A DNA stretch of 64,000 bases, taken from Octopus sinensis (taxonomy: Eukaryota). Where the stretch lies: positions 7,812,001 to 7,876,000 of the forward strand of contig NC_043021.1 of NCBI RefSeq assembly GCF_006345805.1. The letters run 5' to 3'. A program made the position numbers and the translations under genes. The notes under the pieces are model-generated. The model saw only the letters and a list, made by a program, of their open reading frames with translations. It ran no database searches and was not told where the DNA came from. Position 1 is the first letter of the stretch, and each line of letters begins with the position of its first letter. This document shows, piece by piece, positions 12,325-24,803 of the stretch.

Positions 12325-14320
12325 CACAGGTGTGGTGGTTGTGTGGTTAAGAAGCTTGCTTCCAAACCATGTGGTCTCAGGTTCAATCTCATGGTGGCAC
12401 CTTGGGCAAGTGAGTTCTACAATAACAAACCCTCCCCATCCTAACTAACCAAAGCCTTGTGGGTGGGTTCGGTAGATGGGAACTTGAAGAAGCTTGTCAC
12501 ATATATCTGTGTGTGTGTATATACTCTTTACTCTTTTACTTGTTTCAGTCATTTGACTGCGGCCATGCTGGAGCACCACCTTTAATCGAGCAACTCGACC
12601 CTGGGACTTATTCTTTGTAAGCCCAGTACTTATTCTATCGGTCTCTTTTGCCGAACTAACGGGGACATAAGTAACAGGGACATAAACACACCAGCATCGG
12701 TTGTCAAGCAATGCTAGGGGAACAAACACACACACGCATATATATACGACGGGCTTCTTTCAGTTTCCGTCTACCAAATCCACTCATAAGTCTTTGGTCG
12801 CCCGAGGCTATAGTAGAAGACACTTGCCCAAGGTGCCATGCAGTGGGACTGAACCTGGAACAATGTGGTTGGTAAACAAGCTACTTACCACACAGCCACT
12901 CCATATGTGTATGTGTGTGAGAGTATGTGTATGTGTGTGTGAGTGAGAAAGTGTCTGTGTTTGTGTGTATTCTTGCTTTGACATCACATGATGATTGTAA
13001 ACAAATGTCGCCGACATACAGGTGATGTCATTTGTTTCCAGTCTTCCATAGGCGCAGGAGTGGCTGTGTGGTAAGTAGCTTGCTTACCAACCACATGGTT
13101 CCGGGTTCAGTCCCACCGCGTGGCATCTTGGGCAAGTGTCTTCTGCTATAACCTCGGGCCGACCAATGCTTTGTGAGTGGATTTGGTAGACGGAAACTGA
13201 AAGAAACCCCTCGTATATATGTATATATGTGTGTGTGTATGTGTGTGTATATGTTTGTGTATCTGTGTTAGTCCCCCTAGCATTGCTTGACAACAAATGC
13301 TGGTGTGTTTATGTCCCCGTCACTTAGGGGTTCAGCAAAAGAGACCAATAGAATAAGTACTGGGCTTACAAAGAATAAGTCCCAGGGTTGATTTGCTCGA
13401 CTAAAGGCGGTGCTCCAGCATGGCCGCAGTCAAATGACTGAAACAAGTAAAAGAGTAAAGAGAGATAAACATGTCTGGCCATGGGGAGATTATTACCTCG
13501 CTTGAAATAGGCGAGAGTTGGTGACAGAAAGGATAACTAACTGGCTGTAGAAAATCTGCCTCAATGAATTGTGCCTGACCCATGCAGGCATGGAAGAGTG
13601 GACATCAAACACTGACAATGATGATGATGATGGTGGTAGTAGTAATGGTGCGGTGAGCTGGCAGAAACGTTAGCATGCCGGGCAAAATGCTTAGCAGTAT
13701 TTCGTCTGCCGCTACGTTCTGAGTTCAAATTCCGCCGAGGTCGACTTTGCCTTTCATCCTTTCGGGGTCGATTAAATAAGTACCAGTTATGCACTGGGGT
13801 TGTTATAATCGACTTAATCTGTTTGACTGTCCTTGTTTGTCCCCTCTGTGTTTAGCCCCTTGTGGGTAATAAAGAAATAGGTAGTGGTAATGGTGCGGCG
13901 AGCTGGCAGAAACGTTAGCATGCCGGGCGAAATGCTTAGCAGTATTTCGTCTGCCGCTACGTTCTGAGTTCAAATTCCACCAAGGTCGACTTTGCCTTTC
14001 ATCCTTTCGGGGTCGATTAAATAAGTACCAGTTACGCACTGGGGTCGTTATAATCGACTTAATCTGCTTGTCTGTCCTCTCTGTGTTTAGCCCCTTGTGG
14101 GTAGTTCAGAAATAAGTATTTCGTCTGCCGCTACGTTCTGAGTTCAAATTCCGCCGAGGTCGACTTTGCCTTTCATCCTTTCGGGGGTCGATTAAATAAG
14201 TACCAGTTACGCACTGGGGTCGATATAATCGACTTAATCCGTTTGTCTGTCCTTGTTTGTCCTCTCTGTGTTTAGCCCCTTGTGGGTAGTAAAGAAATAG
14301 GTAATGGTGATGATGATGAT
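12325..14320. mobile_element. Nested stack: old A-head/F-tail SINE interrupted by SINE A (12521-12902, -), SINE A (13051-13463, +) and a B1 trimer (13648-14301, +)
   Basis: The host segments 12325-12500, 12903-13050 and 13465-13630 rejoin into a sequence colinear with the intact element at 42490-42965. Confidence 0.75.
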
Positions 14321-14828
14321 GATAGAGATGGTGGTGAGCCTGTCACATGTTGCACTTTAGAAATAATTACCGAAGAGTCTGCAGTCTGTACTGTTTAGAA
14401 TAGAAATTGCACTGAGAGACACCTTCCCAAAAAGAAATTATCAGTTAATTAAAATATAAGAAATTTAATTGGAGATGCGTATTACACCAATTGATTCTGT
14501 TTGTATACAGGCGACAATCAGACCAGCATATATAAATGTGATGTTAAACACAGTTTTGCAAACATTAACTCGAATTAATATGCAGTGCATATGGTATATA
14601 TTTCGGGAGAATTGCCCTGCTTGGGGGTGGTTGTTTGAATACATTGTCCTTATTGTCCTGCCATCTAACAACAGCTTTAATTGAATTCACAATACTTATG
14701 CATAACAACAGAAACTGTTTGTTGCTCTTACATTAATATTTCTTATATAATGTATATATTTATTCTTCTCACATAAGAATCATAAATGTAGGTTAATTGA
14801 AAGAGAAACATGTATTCACACACACACA

Positions 14829-14868
<40 letters not shown>

Positions 14869-15237
14869 CTCTCTCTCTCTATTGGTGATGTCATTGGAAA
14901 ATGAATTATGCTCTTTTTAATATTCATGAAATTTTTTTTTTCCTTTTCAACAAGGAAAAGGGATAGGCTGAATCCATTAAGTGAAGATGGAGTCAACGAA
15001 ACAGCATGCTTATTGAATCGCTGTATATGTATGTCGGTACATAGAAGGAAAAACAATAAATCTAAAAAGGCAAACAACTGTTTCAATTTATGAGAATGTC
15101 TACAGTTTTAGCCTGTTGGGGATGGAGCTGGAGTATTGATTGAATCATAATTAAATTACAAACAAATTTTTTTTTCCCTTTTACTTTACATCAGGTTCTT
15201 AGATAAATAAACCTTTAAAATTTAAAGTGTAGAAAGT

Positions 15238-15468
15238 TATTTGTTTACTACCCACAAGGGGCTAAACATAGAGGGGACAAACAAGGACAGACAAACGGAT
15301 TAAGTCGGTTATATCGACCCCAGTGCGTAACTGGTACTTAATTTATCGACCCCGAAAGGATGAAAGGTAAAGTTGACCTTGGCGGAATTTGAACTCAGAA
15401 CGTAATGCCAGACGAAATACGGCAACGCAGTTCGCCCAGCGTGCTAACATTTCTGCCAGCTCGCTGCC
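15238..15468 (-). mobile_element. SINE B1 monomer with 17-bp TSD
   Basis: tttaaagtgtagaaagt at 15221-15237 and 15469-15485. Confidence 0.92.
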
Positions 15469-15618
15469 TTTAAAGTGTAGAAAGTGAGATGTGCAGGGTG
15501 TGACTATCCAGCCATTCTGAATAGGAATGTCAAGTTACGGAAAAACTTCAACTCAGTAGCTTCAAGTTACTGAACCACTTATCCATTATAGAATGCTTCT
15601 GAAGTGAGTACAGTGTCT

Positions 15619-15870
15619 CCCAACATGAACATGTATGGATGAGAACAGCTGTGTAAAGAAGAGCCAATCTCTAACTGCAGAGAGAATTCGTAGAAGAGGT
15701 AGACCCAGGAAGATGCGGGATGAGGTGGTGAAATATGGTCTTCGGATGTTGAGTCTCATGGAGACAATGACAACTGGCCGATACTTTTGGCAATTTGCTG
15801 TGCTTGAGAAGACATGTCAAGCTAAGTGAAATCATAGTCATGGCCAGTGCACATGAAAGGCATCTGTGTT
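15619..15870 (+). mobile_element. RTE LINE ORF C-terminal fragment
   Basis: ORF 15635..15829 ENSCVKK..RRRGRPRKMRDEVVKYGLRML..WQFAVLEKT. Confidence 0.8.
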
Positions 15871-17067
15871 AACGTTGTAGTGAAAATTGTACTCCCCTTC
15901 CCACGTGACAAAGTGGTATGAACCAGCCACTATAAAATCAGACAGTCAGTTGTTGTAGAGGTCAGTAGTAGTAGAGTCCTTAGTTGGAGTAAGTGTCAGT
16001 ATCGTGATATATATAAGTTCAAGTTACTGTCAAGGTAGACGTTTCAAAGTCGTTGTCTTGCAGAACCATCAGCAATAGCACAATAGACGAGTCAAAGATA
16101 AGAAGCGGAATATCGCCACAACATATTAGTAGCGACAAGGATATTACAGTGCCGACAACAACATACAAGTGGACCAGGATTCACGTTATAACAGTTAATG
16201 ACACACAAGAGGCACCTGTGCTGGTGACATGCAAAAGGCACCTGTGCTGGTGACACATAAAAGGCACCTGTGTCGGTGACACGTAAAAGGCACTTTTATC
16301 TGTAGTTACCCCCTGATGTGCAGCTTCTTTCTCATTTTCTGCAGCCAGTGTTGGAGACTACGTGAAAAAGAAAGTGCTTAAGGATCAGAGGCATTGCACT
16401 TGGTCCTTTGTCTGAGCCACATTAAACAATATTAATAGCCTGAAAAAAAAATGCCCAACATATCATAGGGAACATAAATTAATTAACTCAATATAGGAAT
16501 ATCATTTTTAGCCTTGACCTAAAAAGAAGACAGTTTTCTTCTTACAGAGAAAATACAACATTGACAACTGACAGATTACAGATTTGACCTAAGTGGGTCA
16601 CAGCAAGGTTAGCAGTATATTGTTATATGTAATTAATTACCTCATATGCTCTGTGTTGTGATAGTTAATTTTTTCATATGCTAATTATCAACACTACACC
16701 ACAAGATAATCCTTTTTTAGATATAGACCAATATACAGACAGTCCAGCTGAGGGAACAAACATGACTATAGTTCATTGAGATCCAACTAGATTAAAATCA
16801 CTATCTTTATGTTGCCAGACTCATCTGTCCCCTCTAGGGGGTTACAACTGTAATTTATAGAGTGAGGCTAGAAATATATGCTTGTATAGAATTAAGTAAT
16901 ATACTGTGTCAACATTAATCAAATGCATTCACTTTCACAAAACAGAAAATCATGGTGTCAAATCATACAAAAAAAACCCCAAAACCTTGTGTATATACAA
17001 CCCTCTACTCAGTCAAATCTCTCTTTCTCTCTCTTGTATTACATGAAACTAATGCACATATTTATTT

Positions 17068-17469
17068 ACTCTTACTCTCTTTTACTCTTTTACTCGTTTC
17101 AGTCATTTGACTGTGGCCATGCTGGAGCACCGCCTTTAGTCGAGTAAATTGACCCCAGGACTTATTCTTTGTAAGCCTAGTACTCATTCTGTAGGTCTCT
17201 TTTGCTGAACCGCAGATTTACGGGGACGTAAACACACCAGCATCAGTTGTCAAGCGATGTTGGGGGGAGACAAACACAGACACCCAAACACACACACACA
17301 CACACATATATACAACGGGCTTCTTTCAGTTTCCATCTACCAAATCTACTCACAAGGCTTTGGTCGGCCCGAGGCTATAGTAGAAGACACTTGCCCAAGG
17401 TGCCACGCAGTGGGACTGAACCTGAACGATGTGGTTCGTAAGCAAGCTATTTACCACACAGCAACTCCA
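17068..17469 (-). mobile_element. SINE family A, full length
   Basis: Homology to other A copies. Confidence 0.9.
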
Positions 17470-17672
17470 ATATGTATTTATTTTCATATATTTACTTGCA
17501 GCCTCTGTCCATGTCAGAATAACTGCTTTTACAAATACTCTTGTCTTGCAAATGCAACACTACAGTTTCATTCTAACAATATCAATGTGAAATAATATCC
17601 AATATTAATACAGAAAAAATAAAAAATTCACTTGAAATGATTAATTCTTTGTGTGCTGATTATGTAACTTAC

Positions 17673-17747
17673 TTTCAGATCAAACTTCATAGCTTCATTT
17701 GCTGATTTTATTGCTTCTGTTCTCTGATCAGTCAGGGAATATTTAAC
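17673..17747 (-). CDS. ZCWPW1: Coding exon, PWWP C-terminal helix (VKYSLTDQRTEAIKSANEAMKFDLK)
   Basis: 75 nt; acceptor tttttcctccacttcacccacag, donor gtaagt; phase 0/0; A-x3-A-x-E-A helix pattern at the spacing I recall for human ZCWPW1 (..VALMMAQEA..). Confidence 0.8.
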
Positions 17748-18554
17748 CTGTGGGTGAAGTGGAGGAAAAATGTTTACTTAAATCCAGAAATGAAATGAAA
17801 GAAGAAAAAAAAAAAAGTTTAAGAGTACAAATGGTGTGGGTGGGTTGGTGGGTGGGGGCAGGAGTTATTAGCAGAGAGAAAATGTTGACAGGAAGCATGT
17901 CATCAGAAACATAAGATAATAATAAAAAAAAAAAAAATAAAAAAAACATAGATAACAAGAGTCTTTATAGCTTATCTATTTAATATGCTATTTTAATGAT
18001 TACACACACACACACACATACACACACTCATCCTCATTAGCATCACCGCCGCCACCACCGCCACCACCACCACCACCACCATCATTTTATGTCTATTTTC
18101 CATGCTGGTATGAGTAAGGTAGTTCAACAGGATTCAACACACACACACACACACACACACAGATTTTTCTGTGGCACCACCGCTATAGAAGTTGCCTTGC
18201 TGTCAGCATTCCTGTTTATGAGACAAAAAAAAAAAAAAAAAAAGACAGCTCCCAAGATTAGTGGAAGAAATTTATTGTGAAAGTTTAGAAGCAGAAATAG
18301 AAGTGAGGAGAATGGGTAGAGCAACGTGGGAAATTAGCGTGAAGGAAAGAAAGGAGACAAAGTGTTAATGGTGATTGAGTGTATTGAGTAGCTGAACCCA
18401 GTGATGGTGTAGGCCATCCCCACCCTAGGGGCAGTGGAAAGATTGAGGGTGGTGTTGAAGGAAAGTGGGCGGTAATGGGGTGGCCAAAAGGGGCAATGGA
18501 TGTAAAAGCAACAAAATAATGGGTTAATTAGGTGAAGTCCTTTTAGTGAAATAC

Positions 18555-18960
18555 ATCATCATCATCATCATCATCATCCTCGTTTAGCGTCCGCTTTCCA
18601 TGCTGGCATGGGTTGGACGGTTCAACTGGGGTCTGGGAAGCCAGAAGGCTGTACCAGGCCCAGTTTGATCTGGCAATGTTTCTACGGCTGGATGCCCTTC
18701 CTAACGCCAACCACTCCATGAGTGTAGTGGGTGCCTTTTACGTGCCACCGGCACAGGTGCCAGACGAGTCTGGCAAACGGCCACGATCGGATGGTGCTTT
18801 TTATGTGCCACTGGTACGGGGGCCAGGTGAGGCTGGCAATGGCCACGAACGGATGGTGCTTTTTACGTGCCACCGGCATGAGGCCAGTCGTGGCGGCGCT
18901 GACAACGGCCACGTTCAGATGGTTCTCTTACGTGCCGCCGGCACTGGTAACTCAGCTGAG
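18555..18960 (-). mobile_element. RTE 3' UTR copy with about 4 internal subrepeats of about 58 bp
   Basis: (cat)n tail; repeated gtgctttttacgtgccaccggcac..ggccacg unit. Confidence 0.85.
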
Positions 18961-19163
18961 TTGTTTTGAATTTACAACAGGAAGTGGTCTATGTTTGTGG
19001 TGGTGAATGGTGGGGGTGCTAGGAATGTGGTCTGGGTGCCAAGGGAGTGGCAGCCCCCAAAAGCTTGGGAACCATTACCCTAGCCCCTCATCATCATGTC
19101 TCTCCCCTACGCATCACTTTACCCACTGAATGAAATGAGTAAAAGATAAAAGATAAAACAAAC

Positions 19164-19443
19164 TATCTATCTATCCGCTCAGTCGAAGTCGACTCTCGGT
19201 CACTCGTTGGATCAGTGTCCTCCAGTCAGTTCTATCCTGGGCCGCTTCTTCCAGATTGGCTATGCCCATTCCAGTATCCCTGTTGATGGTGTCAAGCCAG
19301 CGGGTTCTTGGTCGGCCTCTTCCTCTCTTGCCACTGACCATTCCGAGCATGATGTCCTTATCCAGGGATTTTCTCCGCATAATATGACCGAAATATGCCA
19401 ATCTATGCTTGGTGATCCTAGCTTCTAGCGACATTTTCGGCTT
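19164..19443 (-). mobile_element. Young 5'-truncated BovB-like RTE insertion with 12-bp TSD
   Basis: Uninterrupted frame SLEARITKHRLAYFGHIMRRKSLDKDIMLGMVSGKRGRGRPRTRWLD..RLRLSG*, short (gata)n tail, TSD gataaaacaaac at 19152-19163 and 19444-19455. Confidence 0.9.
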
Positions 19444-19493
19444 GATAAAACAAACATATTAGAACAAAACAGCCATTATATTCTTATACTCAC

Positions 19494-19604
19494 ATTTTCA
19501 TGAGATGCTGGTGGACTGTCACTTGTCTCAAAAGGCTTTACACAGGCTAAGGGAACCCAAGCTCGGGAAACTTTTTTACCAAAGAACACTACATGATAAG
19601 AGGC
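19494..19604 (-). CDS. ZCWPW1: Coding exon, PWWP beta strands (ASYHVVFFGKKVSRAWVPLACVKPFETSDSPPASHEN)
   Basis: 111 nt; acceptor ttttcttctattcag, donor gtgagt; phase 0/0; YHVxFFG..SRAWV motif; visible inside ORF 19476..19685. Confidence 0.92.
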
Positions 19605-19924
19605 CTGAATAGAAGAAAACCAGTGAAAATTTATGATGACAAGGGCAAGCCAATGATGGAAAATTACAATGATTACAATAATCATAATGATGTCAAAATT
19701 ATGTTTACGAATGTTTGTTATGTGTCACGATAAGTTAAGTTTCACAAATTGCATTGGGGAAAGAATTTTTAAGAAACTCTCAGTAAACACATAAGTCAAA
19801 AGACTATGCTAAAATAGAACAACAACATATTTTACTGTTTTTCTGTATAGACTTTTATTTAGAAGGATGTTCATTGAATGACCATGTCAAATCATCATCA
19901 TTGAGCGGATGTTAAACGATGATG

Positions 19925-20224
19925 ATGATGATTTGACATGGTCATTCGAGCGAGGTCGTTGCCAGGGCCGCCGGACTGGCTCCTGTGCAGGTGGCACATA
20001 AAAAGCACCATTTAAGCATGGCTGTTTCCAGTACAGCCTGACTGGCCCTCGTGCCGGTGTCACGTAAAAAGCACCCACTACATTCTTGGAGTGGTTGGTG
20101 TTAGGAAGGGCATCCAGCTGTAGAAACTCTGCCAGATCAGACTGGAGTCTGGTGCAGCCATCTGGTTCGCCAGACCTTAGACAAATCGTCCAACCCATGC
20201 TAGCATGGAAAGCAGACGTTAAAC

Positions 20225-20264
<40 letters not shown>

Positions 20265-20265
20265 C
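19925..20265 (+). mobile_element. RTE 3' UTR copy with long (gat)n tail
   Basis: Homology to other UTR copies. Confidence 0.85.
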
Positions 20266-20379
20266 AATGAACATCCCTCTAAATAAAAGTCTATACAGGA
20301 AAACAGTAAAATATGTTGTTATAATTTCTGTGTTGGTCAAGTGTTTAAGTTCGCTTCCCAACAATGTGGTAGAAGGAAG

Positions 20380-20650
20380 TCTGTCACATGCGTGTGTGTG
20401 TGTGTGTGTATGTGTTCCCTTATCTACATCATGTGATGGTAGTACATGAGTATCACTGTTATACAAGTGATGCTGTTTGTGTCCAGTCTTCCATGGAAAA
20501 TGTGTCAGGGCATAGGAAAATATTACCTTGATTGGAAACAGATGCAGGTTGGTGATAGGAAGGGCATCCAGTCGTAGAAAATCTGCCTTAACAAATTCTG
20601 CCTGATCCTTGCAAGTATGGAAAAGGGATGTTAATTGGTGATGAGGATGA
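20380..20650 (+). mobile_element. F-type SINE tail segment, old
   Basis: Homologous to 13465-13630, 42660-42965 and 57890-58150. Confidence 0.65.
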
Positions 20651-21524
20651 GACAGAGGGTCTAGAGAACTACACTATTGAAAGCATAGTGTCCTTTTTCA
20701 AAAACAGCATAATCTGGTTTGACAGAACAAGTGACTGATCTCACAGATATAAAAAAGACTGGATAGTCACAGATGGAATGCCTTTGATCATAAATCTGTT
20801 CAGTCATGACTGGCCTGAAGCTAAGCAGCAGGTCACAAGCAGGTGGCGATGGTGGTGGTTGCTTATTAAAACAGACTGGACAATGAAAAAAAGCAACATG
20901 TCCTGAACTCCATACAACAAACTACTACATGCCTGTCTGAATGGTATTGCTGGAACAATAGCTCTGTGGGTCATGAGTCATTTGATTAACTACAAACCAA
21001 CAAAAGTGTCTCTATGTGGTCACTTGATCCGCTAGAAATAGCAACCAAATCTCATTCAAATCATTCCACCACCCTACCAACCGAGACAATGTATATAAAA
21101 AAGAAAAGCATGGCTGGAATGCTTTTGATCGTAAGTCTACTTAACCAAGGTTAACCCAGGGCTAAAAACCACAATAACAACTGTGTCACGAGGGATGACC
21201 TGCAGTTGAACAATAGTTACAATAAACATTAAATAGGTATATTATAACAGGTGAGATAATGTGCTTAGAAGTGAGTGTGTGTGTGTGTGCATGTGCATGT
21301 GTGTGCATAAGTACACAAATACGCTTGAGTGTTTGCACTTCATGCTTATCACTCCTTGAGTGAAGTGGTGCTGATGTTGGTACTTCTTTCCGACATTGTG
21401 ACCAGCCACTCTACACTGTTGAAGACCTGTAGAATAAAAAGGATCCCTTACTTGAAAAATTGATAAGAGTTAGCGACTAAAAGAGTGCCCGACTGTGAAA
21501 TGAATACATACACACACCTCTTAA

Positions 21525-21563
<39 letters not shown>

Positions 21564-21583
21564 TACACACACACACACACACA

Positions 21584-21991
21584 TACTCTTTTACTTGTTT
21601 CAGTCATTTGACTGTGGCCATGCTGGAGCACTGCCTTTAGTCGAGCAAATCGAGACCCAGGACTTATTCTTTGTAAGCCTTAGTACTTATTTTATCGCTT
21701 TTTTGCCGAACCGCTAAGTTACGAGGACATAAATACACCAGCATCGGTTGTCAAGCGATGTTGGTAGGGACAAACACAGACACACAAACATACACACACA
21801 CACACATACATATACATATATGTACATATATGCGACGGGCTTCTTTCAGTTTGCGTCTACCAAATCCACTCACAAGGCTTTGGCCGGCCCGAGACTATAG
21901 TAGAAGACACTCGCCCAAGGTGCCACGCAGTGGGACTGAACCTGGAACCATGTGGTTTGTAAGCAAGCTACTTACCATACACCCACTCCTA
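21584..21991 (-). mobile_element. SINE family A, full length, in TA/CA microsatellite
   Basis: Homology to other A copies. Confidence 0.9.
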
Positions 21992-22987
21992 CACTTATAT
22001 ATAAATACCTATTTACACATACAAATATATATATACATACACACACATTCATACATATATGTATGTATTTATATATAATGCCTATGCCTGTTTATGTATA
22101 TTTATACAAAATCTCATATATATATGTATATATATATATATACACATACTGAAAGAAAGAGGGAAAAAAATTAATCAGGTTTCATTCATTTAGTACAGAG
22201 AACACAAAGCCATCAATATATTCACATGCACCCCTTTCACAACTAACAAGTAGAGAAAAAAATCTATTCATAGTCTTCTTTCTACACTCTGCAGAAACCG
22301 AGTAGTCCTATTGGTCAATCATTATAAATACAGTGAGGCTGTGTAAAGTAAAACTACAAAGCCCCAAGCCAAACAGACAAACAAATGAAAAATGCAACTC
22401 ATTTTGGTCATCATAAGCAGTATGATTATCATCTCCATCAACAATTAGTTTAATGTCTATTTATTGTACTGAGTTTAGATGATTTTTGAACTGGTAGTTG
22501 GTATAGCAGTTAGGGTTGTTTTAATTGTCAGCAACCGTTAATATGTGCTTTTTCTTTTCTGTCTCCAGCATTTACATTGATCTCTACATAAGAATGTAAT
22601 AGTTATGAGTCAGTAAGGCTGGATGTAAACTGTGTTAGCTCTTGATTCCAAAGTGCTCCGAATAGTAACTAATAATCTGCTCCATGTTTTCAGCTTGTAC
22701 AAATATATCGATGTTTTGTGACTATGTAGAGGACTATATTGCAGAAAAGAAATACAAAGTTTAGTACTTGCACTTAATTTACTGGTCCCAGAGAAAGGCA
22801 AAGCAAAAACCAACCATTCAGGATTTAGAAACAGACTATAAGAAAGATAAAATCACAAGCTCTCCCTCGGTGTCTTAAACTCTTTAGCATTCAGATTAAT
22901 TTATTAAATGTAATGCTCATTTATCTACATTAAAAAAAAAAAAATTAATCATGTATTATCTTGTAGCTTCAGGATTTCAATGATGTG

Positions 22988-23389
22988 ATTACTCTTTTAC
23001 TTGTTTCAGTCATTTGACTGCGGCCATGCTGGAGCACCGGCTTAAGTCGAGCAAATCGACCCCAGGACTTATTCTTTGTAAGCCCAGTACTTATTCTATC
23101 GGTCTCTTTTGCCAAACCGCTAAGTGACAGGGACGTAAACACACCAGCATCGGTTGTCAAGCAATGCTAGGGGGACAACCACAGACACACAAACACACAC
23201 ATACATATATATATATACATATATATGACAGGCTTCTTTTCAGTTTTCATCTACCAAATCCACTCACAAGGCATTGGTCGGCCCGGGGCTATAGCAGAAG
23301 ACACTTGCCCAATATGCCACGCAGTGGGACTGAACCCGGAACCATGTGGTTGGTTAGCAAGCTACTTACCACACAGCCACTCCTGCGCC
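22988..23389 (-). mobile_element. SINE family A, full length, abutting a TTAA MITE fragment (22875-22987)
   Basis: Homology to other A copies; the left flank resembles the start of the 37780 MITE. Confidence 0.88.
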
Positions 23390-23895
23390 AGTCCATTAAT
23401 TCCACTGCAATACTTTGTGTAATTATTTTACTGATCTCTTTATAACACATTTATAACAGACAGTTGACAAATTTCCTCCAATCAAATTTCCTTCATAAGA
23501 TATTGGTCAAACCAAGACTATTGCAGAAGAAATTTGCCTAAGGTAACATGCAATGAGATCACACCTGAACTGTGTGGTTGCCAAGAGAACTTGTTAACTC
23601 ACTTACAAGCCATGTCTGCAAGCAGATATCAATTAATGACTTCATAAACATCATCATCATTTTAATGTCTACTTTTCCACGCTCACATGTGTGGATGGAA
23701 TTTGTTGAAGTAAGTTTTCTGTGGCTGGATGCTCTTTTTGTTACGAACCCACACTTGTTTCCAAGTAAGGTAATATTTCTCCTTGGCCAGACATGTTTTA
23801 CATCTGATTAACAACTATCATGTGATATCAAGATGAGACACCAACTCACATACACACATGGACACAGACACGTACGCACGCATATACTTAATATC

Positions 23896-24001
23896 CTTAT
23901 ACAAGAATGTTGTTGAAAATGACGTTGAAGTTTCGGTCAGTTAAGCCATTGTCGGGCAGTCTGAAACTTTGAAGTCACTGTCAACAACATTCTTGTATAA
24001 G
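23896..24001. repeat. Imperfect inverted repeat (21 bp perfect, about 41 bp imperfect arms)
   Basis: cttatacaagaatgttgttga (23896-23916) pairs with tcaacaacattcttgtataag (23981-24001). Confidence 0.85.
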
Positions 24002-24012
24002 AATAATAAATT

Positions 24013-24243
24013 TGTGAGGGATATTTGCCATCTCAATATGGCTAACCACTAAGGGTGGGTGTTACTGTAGCTTGTAGCCCCAGGAGAACATCGTCTCCAG
24101 CTGGCTTTAGGCACACTTTCATACCTTAGGGCACAGAAAGTGTGCCTAAAGCCAGCTGGAGACGATGTTCTCCTGGGGCTACAAGCTACAGTAACACCCA
24201 CCCTTAGTGGTAAGCCATATTCAGATGGCAAATATCCCTCACA
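24013..24243. repeat. Near-perfect inverted repeat, 108-bp arms, 15-nt spacer
   Basis: Arms 24013-24120 and 24136-24243 differ at 2 positions by my reading. Confidence 0.95.
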
Positions 24244-24746
24244 TTGTCATGCAGTTACTGTTTATACCTCGTTCAGAGATTTATTATTGCTTGCAATAAT
24301 AAACTTGTACTCTACAAAAGTATAGAGTAACCCATCAGATTAATGCAAAATTGTTTTTGTTGTAACTGAATATAAACGCAAACATAAATACACACACACA
24401 CACACGCACAAGCAGGTATTGTTTTCAGTTTCTGTCTACATAATCCACTCACAAAGCTTTGGTCAGCCAGGGGCTATAGAAGACACTTGCCCAGGGTGCC
24501 ACGCAGTAGGACTGAACCTGGAACCATGTAGTTGGGAAGTAAGCTTCTCATGCACACAGCCACACCTACACCTGCCACTTTTTGATTATTGACTACATTA
24601 CTGCAAAGAATGATCACATATTCACATATTCCATCAATATATTTGAATAGTTTGAAATGTGAGCAGAAATGACAGAACACTGGATCGATTATTTTGTAAT
24701 ATAAAATGTTTTACAATGACTCTCTCTCTGTCTGTATATATATATA

Positions 24747-24803
24747 CTGGGGTGGGGGTGGGGGTAGGGGTGGGGGTGGGGTAGGGGTGGGGGTGGGGGT
24801 GGT
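24747..24803 (+). repeat. (GGGGGT)n-like G-run repeat, potential G-quadruplex
   Basis: About ten runs of 4-5 G separated by T or TA. Confidence 0.85.

Noticed and set aside
14371-14422. Possible next minus-strand exon after FDLK (VSLSAISILNSTDCRLFG)
   Set aside because: Weak acceptor and no convincing match to the expected continuation; the true downstream exon remains unidentified and may lie outside the window.
16345-16415. Plus-strand acceptor-like sites followed by short open frames (also about 4958 and 53896)
   Set aside because: No matching donors before stops and no recognisable protein; no evidence for a nested plus-strand gene.
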